This document shows positions 28,047 through 37,034 of a DNA stretch of 64,000 nucleotides, piece by piece. The stretch comes from Candidatus Heimdallarchaeum aukensis. Lineage in GTDB: Archaea > Asgardarchaeota > Heimdallarchaeia > Heimdallarchaeales > Heimdallarchaeaceae. The stretch is from NCBI GenBank assembly GCA_021513695.1, contig CP084166.1, positions 2,912,001 through 2,976,000 of the forward strand, given 5' to 3'. The notes beneath the pieces were generated by a model. It saw only the letters and a program-made list of their open reading frames with translations. It searched no databases and was not told the DNA's origin. Positions within the stretch are counted from its first letter, which is position 1, and every line of letters starts with the position of its first letter. The position numbers and the translations under genes were made by a program.

Positions 28047-29021
28047 TTATCCCATTGTTAGCCACATAACTGCTTTTGCTGTATGTAACCTATTTTCTGC
28101 TTCATCATAGATAACAGAATTTGGTCCATCTATTACTGAATCTTCTACCTCATTTCCCCTATCAGCTGGTAGAGCGTGCATGTAGATTACATCTTTTTTG
28201 GCTAGTTTCATCATCTCTTCTGTACATTTCCAGTCTTTGAATTGAGAGATATCTACATCTCCTTTTTTACCACTCCAGCTTCCCCAGTTTTTAGGTATGA
28301 CAACGTCTGCGTCTCTATAAGCTTCTTCCATATCATGTGTTATTCTAAATGATCCTCCATTTTCTTCAGCATTCTTTCTTGCTTCTTCTATAACCCAATC
28401 TGGCATCTCAAATCCTTCAGGGTAAGCTAAAGTCACATCCATTCCATATCTTGGGAAAAGTAAACTTTGTGTAAGTGGTACTGAAATGGGTTTCTTATGT
28501 GATGTAGCATAAGCCCAGATTATTGAAACTTTGAGGTTTTTTGTTTCTTTTTTCTTTTCAATAATTGTCATAAGGTCAGCTATTCCTTGCATTGGATGAT
28601 AAAGGTCATCTTGTAGACTCATAATAGGCACTCTTGAGTGTTTAGCCATGTCGTTCAAATATTTATTTCCAATTCCCCAGAAGCAGTTTCTGCAAGCTAT
28701 TGCATGGCCATATCTTGAAAGTACTGAAGCAGTATCTTTTGCTACTTCTCCATGAGATATTTGCATTGTAGAAGTATCAAGATAATTAGCATGTCCTCCC
28801 AACTGAGCTATTCCTGCTTCCATAGAGTTTCTGGTTCTTGTAGATTGTTCAAAAAACATCAAAAAAATCGTTTTATATGGCAGATAAGGTGTAGGTTCTC
28901 CTTTCAAGAATTTCTCTTTTAACTCAAAAGACACTTCTAGTAAAGTATCTATTTCTTCTTTTGTCCAATCACGTAATGTGATGAAATCTTTTCCTCTTAA
29001 TTTAGATCTCATATTTCTCAC
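28047..29021 (-). CDS. YgeW/ornithine-carbamoyltransferase-family carbamoyltransferase
   Basis: STRTR carbamoyl-phosphate motif, HPMQ, and HALP in place of HCLP. Confidence 0.8.
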   Translation of the reverse strand: MRNMRSKLRGKDFITLRDWTKEEIDTLLEVSFELKEKFLKGEPTPYLPYKTIFLMFFEQSTRTRNSMEAGIAQLGGHANYLDTSTMQISHGEVAKDTASVLSRYGHAIACRNCFWGIGNKYLNDMAKHSRVPIMSLQDDLYHPMQGIADLMTIIEKKKETKNLKVSIIWAYATSHKKPISVPLTQSLLFPRYGMDVTLAYPEGFEMPDWVIEEARKNAEENGGSFRITHDMEEAYRDADVVIPKNWGSWSGKKGDVDISQFKDWKCTEEMMKLAKKDVIYMHALPADRGNEVEDSVIDGPNSVIYDEAENRLHTAKAVMWLTMG

Positions 29022-29042
29022 CTATTTTTTTTCTTTTTATTT

Positions 29043-30248
29043 CTATTCTTTCTTCATCATTTCAGAATATTTCATTGGAATTAATGCATAAACCGCTGTA
29101 GCAATATCTAACTCTTTCTTAAACGTTTTTTCGTTAGGTGCATGAGCTTCTTCCTCATGTCCAGGACCAAAGCCTATGCAAGGAACATTGTGCATTCCCA
29201 TAATATATACTCCATTTGTGGAGAATGTCCATTTATCTAAAAGTGGCTTCTTTCCCATTATTTCTTCTGCGGTTTCTACCATCATCCCACAAAGAGGATG
29301 ATCTTCTTCTAAAACCCAAGTGGGGAAATAGCTATCCACTAGAGTGCGATAGCCAGTGTAAGAAGGTTCATTGTATGTGTACATTTCTACTTTTGCATTG
29401 TATTTTTTCACAGAAGGAAGATTTTTGATTTCATTTAGAGCTGTTTCTTTTGTTTCTCCAAAAGTTAACCTTCTATCTACTGATATGCTACATCCATCTG
29501 CTACAGCGCATCTTGATGGTGAACTTGAAAATATTTCTGTTACAGTTAAAGAGCCTTTTCCTAGAAACTCATCATTTTTTAGATCTCCATGTAGTTTTTC
29601 CAACTCTTGAATGATTTTAGCCATTTTATAGATAGCATTTTCTCCTCTTTCTGGAGCAGAACCATGAGCACTTATTCCTGTGGTTGTTACTTTTATTTCC
29701 ATTCTCCCTCTCTGTCCTCTGTTTACTTTCAAGGATGTTGGTTCAGTTAAAACTACAAATTCAGGTTCAATAACTTTTTCAGTCAAAATATGGTGCCAAC
29801 ATAGTCCATCACAGTCTTCTTCCTGAACAGAGCCTACTATCCAAACAGTGGTGTCCCCGACTATATCTAAATCTTTGATTATTTTTCCAGCATAGACCAT
29901 ACAAGCAAAGCCACCCTCTTGATCACTTGCTCCTCTTCCATAGATTATTTCGTCGTCTTCATATCCTTCATAAGGATCGTGTGTCCAGTTTTCTCTATTT
30001 CCCACGTCTACAGTGTCGATATGTGCGTCAAAAGCTATAACATGTTTTCCGTTTCCTATCCTTCCTAGAATGTTACCCATTTTATCTATCTTTATCTCAT
30101 CATAACCTAATTTTTCCATTTCTTGCTTTATACGTTCAATTAGTTCTTTTTCTTTCCCACTTGTACTGGGAATGCGAATCATATCCCTTAGGAATTTATA
30201 CATATCTTTTTTGTATTCTTCAATTTTTTCCATTACTTTATCTTTCAT
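29043..30248 (-). CDS. M20 family metallopeptidase/deacylase (YgeY-like)
   Basis: [12 protein letters not shown] and VQEEDCDGL metal-ligand motifs, and the position next to the carbamoyltransferase. Confidence 0.8.
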   Translation of the reverse strand: MKDKVMEKIEEYKKDMYKFLRDMIRIPSTSGKEKELIERIKQEMEKLGYDEIKIDKMGNILGRIGNGKHVIAFDAHIDTVDVGNRENWTHDPYEGYEDDEIIYGRGASDQEGGFACMVYAGKIIKDLDIVGDTTVWIVGSVQEEDCDGLCWHHILTEKVIEPEFVVLTEPTSLKVNRGQRGRMEIKVTTTGISAHGSAPERGENAIYKMAKIIQELEKLHGDLKNDEFLGKGSLTVTEIFSSSPSRCAVADGCSISVDRRLTFGETKETALNEIKNLPSVKKYNAKVEMYTYNEPSYTGYRTLVDSYFPTWVLEEDHPLCGMMVETAEEIMGKKPLLDKWTFSTNGVYIMGMHNVPCIGFGPGHEEEAHAPNEKTFKKELDIATAVYALIPMKYSEMMKKE

Positions 30249-30257
30249 TTTTAACCC

Positions 30258-32903
30258 TCATCTTTTTTTTCTAGCTATAGGGAGCTCTGTTCTCCACTTT
30301 CCATCATATTGATAGAACGCGCCTGTTACTGCTCCTGCAGTTGGTACTAAACCTATTTCTCCCACACCCTTTGCTCCAAAACCACCAATTTCTTCAGGTT
30401 CTTCAATTATTATTACTTCTATTTCTGGAGTATCTTTAGCCTTTAATATTTGCAGATCTCTAATTTTTAATGAAACTGGAACACTCTTTGTTGTTGGAAA
30501 GTCCTCTGATAAAGTGTGACCTAAACCCATATGTATTCCTCCTTCTATCTGACCTGCAACAGCCAAAGGATTTACTGCTCTACCCACATCGTGAGCAGCC
30601 AGTATTTTCTTCAGTTTCCCGTTTTCATCAAGAAAAGCTACTTGAACTGCATAACTGAAAGCTAAATGTGTAATTGGGTTATCTACTGGGGTACCTGGCT
30701 TAACTGTTATGTTGGTAACATACTCACCATGATACTCTTTTCCTACTAATTCCTTAGGAGAGTGGTTTTTTAGGTCTTCTGCAAGTTTTTCTGCAGCATA
30801 CTTTGCCGCCATAGTATCAAGTGCTGTTGCTCTTGAAGCAGTTGTCATTCCACACTTTGTTTTATCGTAACTTATCGATTTTACATCCATCTTTGAAGGG
30901 TGGATATTTGTTAATTCGCTAACTGCTTGCGTTAAAACAGTAAATAATCCTTGTCCCATTTCAGTAAAACCAGTCAATATTTCCAACCTTTCGTCTTCAA
31001 GAACACGGATTAATACTCTACCTGTATCTTCGAGAGCGTTACCTATTCCTGTGTTTTTGATTCCACAAGCGATACCTTTTGGTCCTTTATAATTCTTATA
31101 CTGCTCTTTAACTGCATCTAAACATTTCTGTAAACCAACAACTGTTTTTGTCATTATTTGTCCAGTAGCAAAACGTTTTCCTTCTCTCAAGATGTTTCGT
31201 TCTCTTATATCAAAATCATCTATTTCCTTTCCATCATCCCTCATCATCGCAGCAATCATGTTTAAACATGTTTCTATTGCAAAAGAGGTTTGATTTACTC
31301 CAAATCCTCTCATAGCTCCACAAGGAGGATTATTAGTGTAAACAGCTGTTGCATCTACATCTATTGCAGGCAAATAATATGGACCGCATGAGTGCCCTGC
31401 AGCACGTTCAACTACAGCTCCTCCAACAGAAGCATAAGCACCAGTATCGCCTATTATCCTTATTCTTGCTCCAGTTAGCTTACCATTTTCATCAGCTCCA
31501 ACTTCATATCGCATAATCATTGGATGGCGTTTAGGATGCATTCTCAAAGATTGCTCCCTAGTTAGAACTGTTTTCACTGGTTTCTTCAAGAGATAAGCTG
31601 CAAGAGCTGTTTGGGCTTGAACAGACAGATCTTCTTTACCTCCAAAAGCTCCCCCATTTGTTACCAGTTCAACTATTACATTCTCTTTTTCTAATCCTAG
31701 CACTTCTGCTATTTGTCTCTGATCTTCATGTACTCCTTGCCCTTGACTATAAACATGTACACCTTTGTCTGTGGGTAAAGCAAGCGAAGCTTCTACTTCT
31801 AGAAAAGCATGTTCTATTCTTTGAGTTCTAAATTCTTGTTTAACAAAATATTTTGAATTCCTAAAAGCTTCTTCCACATCTCCCCTGCTGAAAACAGTTC
31901 GGCTGAGTATATTACCGCTTTCATGTATTTTTTCAGCTGTAGTGTCCATAGCTTTTATAGGGTCATCTAAAGGTTCGAGTACCTCATATTCCACCTTAAT
32001 TTTTTCTACTGCTGCACGTGCATGAAACATACTATCTGCTACTACCATAGCTATTACATCGCCAACATAGCGAGTTGTTTCTCCTTCATCTACAAAAATT
32101 GGCCAATCAGGAATAATATGACCAATGAATCTTTTTCCAGGGACATCTTTAGCAGTAAGTATTTTGACTACACCGCAAGCTTTTTCTGCTTCTGTAAGGT
32201 CAATTTTCTTTATTACTGCTCTAGGGTGTTCACTCAATAAAAATGCTCCATGAAGCATTCCTTCTACTTTCATATCAGCAATATATGGTTTTTGACCTAG
32301 AGCCATGTCTAGACCACGATATCTTTTTGTACTATAACCTACTCCATCTTTCTTTGGTTCATATTCTCTCTTTAAACCATATTTTTCTCCAAAGAAATCT
32401 GCTCTTCGTGGAGGATCATCAACATTAACGGGAGTTTTTGTTTTCCAATGTTCCTCTGCTGTTTCTATCGCATCTATAATACGTTGATAACCTGTACATC
32501 TACATAAATTAGGACTTAATGCCCTAGCTTTCTCTTCTCTTGTAGATTTTGGATGAGTGTCAAGAAAAGACTTTATCCTTAACATAATTCCAGGTGTGCA
32601 GAAACCACATTGTATTCCTCCCTCTTTAACTAATGCGTTAGCTAATAGCAATTTTTCTTCTTTTTCAAGACCTTCTATTGTTATAATGTTTTTTCCTTCT
32701 ACACTTGATGGATCGCGATTACAAGAAGTCATAGCTTTTCCATCGATTAAAACTGTACATGCTCCGCAGTATCCTTGTCCAGAACATCCATCTTTACAAC
32801 TGGTGATATCACATTTTTCTCTTAAAACGTCTAATAAACTCATACCTTCTTCATATTCTATTGTAATTTCTTCTCCATTAAGAATAAATGTTGTTTCTTT
32901 CAT
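30258..32903 (-). CDS. XdhD-like fused 2Fe-2S + molybdopterin-binding xanthine-dehydrogenase-family oxidoreductase
   Basis: An N-terminal CKDGCSGQGYCGACTV / QCGFCTPGIM / NLCRCTGY domain is followed by the Mo domain with GGAFGGKED (881 aa). Confidence 0.85.
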   Translation of the reverse strand: MKETTFILNGEEITIEYEEGMSLLDVLREKCDITSCKDGCSGQGYCGACTVLIDGKAMTSCNRDPSSVEGKNIITIEGLEKEEKLLLANALVKEGGIQCGFCTPGIMLRIKSFLDTHPKSTREEKARALSPNLCRCTGYQRIIDAIETAEEHWKTKTPVNVDDPPRRADFFGEKYGLKREYEPKKDGVGYSTKRYRGLDMALGQKPYIADMKVEGMLHGAFLLSEHPRAVIKKIDLTEAEKACGVVKILTAKDVPGKRFIGHIIPDWPIFVDEGETTRYVGDVIAMVVADSMFHARAAVEKIKVEYEVLEPLDDPIKAMDTTAEKIHESGNILSRTVFSRGDVEEAFRNSKYFVKQEFRTQRIEHAFLEVEASLALPTDKGVHVYSQGQGVHEDQRQIAEVLGLEKENVIVELVTNGGAFGGKEDLSVQAQTALAAYLLKKPVKTVLTREQSLRMHPKRHPMIMRYEVGADENGKLTGARIRIIGDTGAYASVGGAVVERAAGHSCGPYYLPAIDVDATAVYTNNPPCGAMRGFGVNQTSFAIETCLNMIAAMMRDDGKEIDDFDIRERNILREGKRFATGQIMTKTVVGLQKCLDAVKEQYKNYKGPKGIACGIKNTGIGNALEDTGRVLIRVLEDERLEILTGFTEMGQGLFTVLTQAVSELTNIHPSKMDVKSISYDKTKCGMTTASRATALDTMAAKYAAEKLAEDLKNHSPKELVGKEYHGEYVTNITVKPGTPVDNPITHLAFSYAVQVAFLDENGKLKKILAAHDVGRAVNPLAVAGQIEGGIHMGLGHTLSEDFPTTKSVPVSLKIRDLQILKAKDTPEIEVIIIEEPEEIGGFGAKGVGEIGLVPTAGAVTGAFYQYDGKWRTELPIARKKR

Positions 32904-33514
32904 TGTTCATTCACATACTTTTTCCATTCTTCTAAAGTGTTTAGATTAAGTGTAACTTTTCTATCATTAACATTAATAATACGCACTTCATCATTTTTTT
33001 CTATTTTCTTTAATTCATAATCTAACCTATGATCGCTAGAACAAGACAATATATGATCAATAAACTTAGGAGATAGAAAGACAGGATGACCTTTTTTTCC
33101 TTTAAAACTAGGGATTACTGCAGAAACACCTTCAACCGCTTCAAGTATCTTGAACCAAGTCTCCTTATCTGGGCAAGATACATCAATTGGTAAAACAAAG
33201 GCTCCTTCATCACTAAACTCTCTCACTTTTTTTAATCCACATTGAATAGAAAAAAACTGACCTTTTTCTGTTTGTAAATTTCTAACGAGTATTTCTTTTC
33301 TTAATTTTGGAACTAGATCAACATAAAGATCATAATCTTTTCCAAGAACAATAACTATCTTTTCAAAACCAATCTCTTTTAGCTTTTCTATTTGGTTTTG
33401 TATAAAAAAAGTTCCTTTATAATCTAACAATCCTTTAGGTTTTCCCATTCTCCTTGAATCCCCTGCAGCAAGAATAATAACAGGAGGAAAAAAAAGATCT
33501 CTTTTCACATTCAA
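32900..33514 (-). CDS. mocA: MobA-like NTP transferase, molybdenum cofactor cytidylyltransferase (MocA/YgfJ-like)
   Basis: VIILAAGDSRRMGKPKGLL signature. Overlaps the XdhD-like gene by 4 bp. Confidence 0.75.
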   Translation of the reverse strand: MNVKRDLFFPPVIILAAGDSRRMGKPKGLLDYKGTFFIQNQIEKLKEIGFEKIVIVLGKDYDLYVDLVPKLRKEILVRNLQTEKGQFFSIQCGLKKVREFSDEGAFVLPIDVSCPDKETWFKILEAVEGVSAVIPSFKGKKGHPVFLSPKFIDHILSCSSDHRLDYELKKIEKNDEVRIINVNDRKVTLNLNTLEEWKKYVNEQ

Positions 33515-33767
33515 CCTTATCTTTCCAACATTCTTTTTATAGTAGTCATTTTTAAATAAATAAAAAGTTTATGAAATGAAAAAATAACTGATATTATTTA
33601 ACTAAATGCAAGGATTCAGAAAAACAAGTCTTATAATTCTAATGGAAGTAAAAAACAAAAAATTCTTTTTCTTTCTTTTCATCTAATGGAGGTTACAATA
33701 TACGTTTTCAGAATTTTTTAGAAGATAATAAAACAATGTTTAAATAATCCTTCATGCAAATTTAGTT

Positions 33768-36626
33768 TTGAGGTCATTCGTGTTGAAGAAGAAAAAAAGT
33801 TTAATTATAGCTTTAATTTTGGTTGCAACATTCACCTCTTTTGTAAACTTTCAAACAGCAGTTGTGAATGCAGAGAATTATCAGTTAAATAATGGAGATA
33901 CATTCGTCTATGATCATATATACAATTATGAAACTAATACAAGGGAAATATTCTTTCCTGATGAAAATAGAAATGATTATGCATATGAATCTATCTATAT
34001 TAATCAAGAAGAACATAAATACCTTAGAGGTTTTAATGTTACAAATACAGATTTAAGTTCAGATTACATCGAAGTTTTTGAAGTTAAAACAGGTGCCACT
34101 ATTTACTCTTATTATCAAAATAACACGTATTATAGATGGGGAGCAGATGGTTGGTATAAAGACTACTCAAATGAATACAACGATATCACATATTATTCTT
34201 GGGATTCAGGAAATGCTAATTATAGGAATTTAAATAATTATTCCAATCTAGTTTTTGATCCAACTGGTTATTTTGGAATATCAACATTTATCTCACAAGA
34301 AACTAGAGCATATAATGTTAATGGTGAAGTATTTACTTTACAAATAGATGTTTACTATTGTAAAACGAATGAGTGGGAAGATACATGGAATTCGACATGG
34401 TATGGTGTTGAGACTCCAACGCACAGTTTTAATTACGATGAATATTATTACTATGTTGACAACAACACTGGAATCTTGCTAGAATATAAGAAAATTCATC
34501 ACTATGATGTTACTTACAAATTTTATGAATACTTAGCTGATTATAATACTTATGTTAATTTCACACGTGTAAGAAATAAAAAGACTACAGATACATACAC
34601 ACTAATTAAATCTAGTAACTTCTATTCTACTGTTGATAATTCCTTTGTCCCATATTTTATTTTTAAGGACAATAGCTGGACACAACCTATAACAAACAGT
34701 ACAACAGGAATAACTTTTCCATTCCTATTTTCTAAAGACGTCGCGAAACTAGAATTTTATGTGTATAACTACCTATATGGATGTTGGAGATGGGATTTAG
34801 TAAATAGCCAAACAATTACTAGCACAGAGTTGAATTATACTGTCCCAATAGACTACTTTGGATATATACCTAATAATGTAAATAAAAATTTCAGAATTAT
34901 AGTTTATGATACAAAAGGCAACTTATTTATACAGTACCAATCTATTGAGGATGATAGGTACCCTATTCCCGATTGGCAGAGTCAAATAGAAACAAATAAA
35001 GAATATAAAGGAGTAGAAGACAAGGAACTGATCTTAAAATGTCTTTATATTTATTCTGACACTACTTGGAAAGTAGAAACAAGATTCTATTATAATCAGT
35101 CAGATTTAACACAATTTTGGTCAAACTATTATGAGGGTTATGGAAACAGGACATTAAATATTTGGATTAGCGGTATATGGGCTGTTGGAGACTATACAGT
35201 TAACATAACGTTTACTGACGCGGTCAATACTACTTATTCTACTATTGTTCCTGTAACTATCTATCCCAGTGGAACGGATGTAGACCCTCCAGATTTAAAT
35301 GTGCCTTGGTATGAAGAAAAAAATTTTGGAGAACCACATAAATGGGCTATCGGAGATTATGAAGAATTCTGGTTCAATACTTGGGATGATAACCCAAATT
35401 ACTATGAATTTTATGTTGATGGAGTTCTATATGATACAGGAAATTACTCTGAACAAATTAACTATTACTACAACTTTAATGATCTTATTAATGAAGTTGG
35501 ATTGCACAACCTTACTGTTATAACCTATGATCAATTTGGAAATTATAGGAAAGAATCAGTATGGGTAAAAGCTTATCCTGAAGGAACAGATTTAAAAAGA
35601 CCAGATTTATGGTGGAATGTTAACTCTTACTATGAATTAGGAAGCGCAGAACGATATAGTTTTTGGTTTAATGAGAAAAACCCTGATTATTACGAAATTA
35701 GACTAAACGATGAAATTATTTCATCAGGCAGCTATGATCAGAACTACTTTGAGATATACTTTACTGGTAAAGAATTATTTAGTGAAACAGGCGGACATAT
35801 TTTATCCCTCTTTGCTAATGATACCTCAGGAAATGAAATGTATTATGAAAAGGAAATTAATGTCGTTCCTAGTCAACCGGAGACTGATCCTCCCACATTC
35901 GAGAATATATATGATGTTGACTATTACAGAATTGGGGATTATTACGACATTTCCTTCTACATTAACGATAAATATCCTGATACTTACAATCTTTATATTA
36001 ATGGAAATCTAACGCTTTCCAATGTACCTTATGAAGGTTATGGATGGTATCCAGAGAATGAGCAACATTTGCAATTGCGAGATTATATCTTTGAAGAAGG
36101 AACCAATGAAATCTACATAGAAGCCTTCGATCAATGGGGAAACAATAATAATATTACAATTTACGTTAATGCCTATACTGAAGCCTATCAAGATGATTAT
36201 GATGCACCCCAGATAGATACTAACATGGACTATTGGCATGCAATTGAATACGTAATAGGTACTAGTAAAACAGTGAAATTTACATTATATGATGCAAATC
36301 CTGATTATTATGAACTCTACATTGACGACGAATTGATTAAAACCGATAGTTACACTGATGGGACTACTATCTCATTTAACCTTAATACCTACATTACAGA
36401 AGAAGGAATACATACAATAAAAATGGTTGCTTATGATGTTTTTGGAAATAGCAATGAATTAAAATTATCAATAAAAGCAATTTATGAATCAAGTTCTGAT
36501 GATACTAATGAAACTACTACACAAGATAAACAAACAATAGATTTACCATTTAGTGTATGGAGTATTTTTATCGCTTTACCTGTAATAACTATTATAGCTA
36601 AAAAGTTCAAAAAGTATAAAACATAA
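33768..36626 (+). CDS. giant secreted surface glycoprotein, paralog C (952 aa)
   Basis: Same architecture as paralogs A and B. TTG/GTG start after GAGGT. Its 3' ~1.65 kb is the inverted copy of the 3' part of paralog B. Confidence 0.7.
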   Translation: MRSFVLKKKKSLIIALILVATFTSFVNFQTAVVNAENYQLNNGDTFVYDHIYNYETNTREIFFPDENRNDYAYESIYINQEEHKYLRGFNVTNTDLSSDYIEVFEVKTGATIYSYYQNNTYYRWGADGWYKDYSNEYNDITYYSWDSGNANYRNLNNYSNLVFDPTGYFGISTFISQETRAYNVNGEVFTLQIDVYYCKTNEWEDTWNSTWYGVETPTHSFNYDEYYYYVDNNTGILLEYKKIHHYDVTYKFYEYLADYNTYVNFTRVRNKKTTDTYTLIKSSNFYSTVDNSFVPYFIFKDNSWTQPITNSTTGITFPFLFSKDVAKLEFYVYNYLYGCWRWDLVNSQTITSTELNYTVPIDYFGYIPNNVNKNFRIIVYDTKGNLFIQYQSIEDDRYPIPDWQSQIETNKEYKGVEDKELILKCLYIYSDTTWKVETRFYYNQSDLTQFWSNYYEGYGNRTLNIWISGIWAVGDYTVNITFTDAVNTTYSTIVPVTIYPSGTDVDPPDLNVPWYEEKNFGEPHKWAIGDYEEFWFNTWDDNPNYYEFYVDGVLYDTGNYSEQINYYYNFNDLINEVGLHNLTVITYDQFGNYRKESVWVKAYPEGTDLKRPDLWWNVNSYYELGSAERYSFWFNEKNPDYYEIRLNDEIISSGSYDQNYFEIYFTGKELFSETGGHILSLFANDTSGNEMYYEKEINVVPSQPETDPPTFENIYDVDYYRIGDYYDISFYINDKYPDTYNLYINGNLTLSNVPYEGYGWYPENEQHLQLRDYIFEEGTNEIYIEAFDQWGNNNNITIYVNAYTEAYQDDYDAPQIDTNMDYWHAIEYVIGTSKTVKFTLYDANPDYYELYIDDELIKTDSYTDGTTISFNLNTYITEEGIHTIKMVAYDVFGNSNELKLSIKAIYESSSDDTNETTTQDKQTIDLPFSVWSIFIALPVITIIAKKFKKYKT
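34980..36626. repeat. right arm of the inverted repeat (3' part of paralog C)
   Basis: See the left-arm entry. Identity decays about 16 nt past the stop codons. Confidence 0.85.
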
Positions 36627-37034
36627 ATTTACTTACTTTCTTATTTTTTTATTAATGACTAATTTTAGAATAACAACAAAAAATAAGATGGATAGATTCA
36701 AAAATTAATATAAAATGTGAATGGAGATATTCTTGTACATCAGGTAAGCATTTCTAAATGTTTCGTGCATTTAGATATTCTAAAAAGGAGAAAATAAAAG
36801 CGCTGAAACAGGAGAAAAAGTGAGTAAAAAGTATAGATCTCGCAAAAATCATTTCATTCTAGTGAAAATTGAAATTTAGCAAAAGAAGAAAATTTGTTAG
36901 TAATCTTATAGGAAAGATATAAAAGCATCTCAGTTTAGTTGGAATTAAGATTCCATATGTCATTAGTGATTTTTCTATACTTTTTTAAACAGTTTAATTT
37001 TCATTGATTTAAAAAAGTAAAACTTGTGATTTAA

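Noticed and set aside
11495-36626. A diversity-generating retroelement or site-specific invertase system acting on the surface-protein paralogs.
   Set aside because: No reverse transcriptase, recombinase, invertase or short inverted recombination sites were found in the window. The homology arms are kilobase-long, consistent with general homologous recombination.
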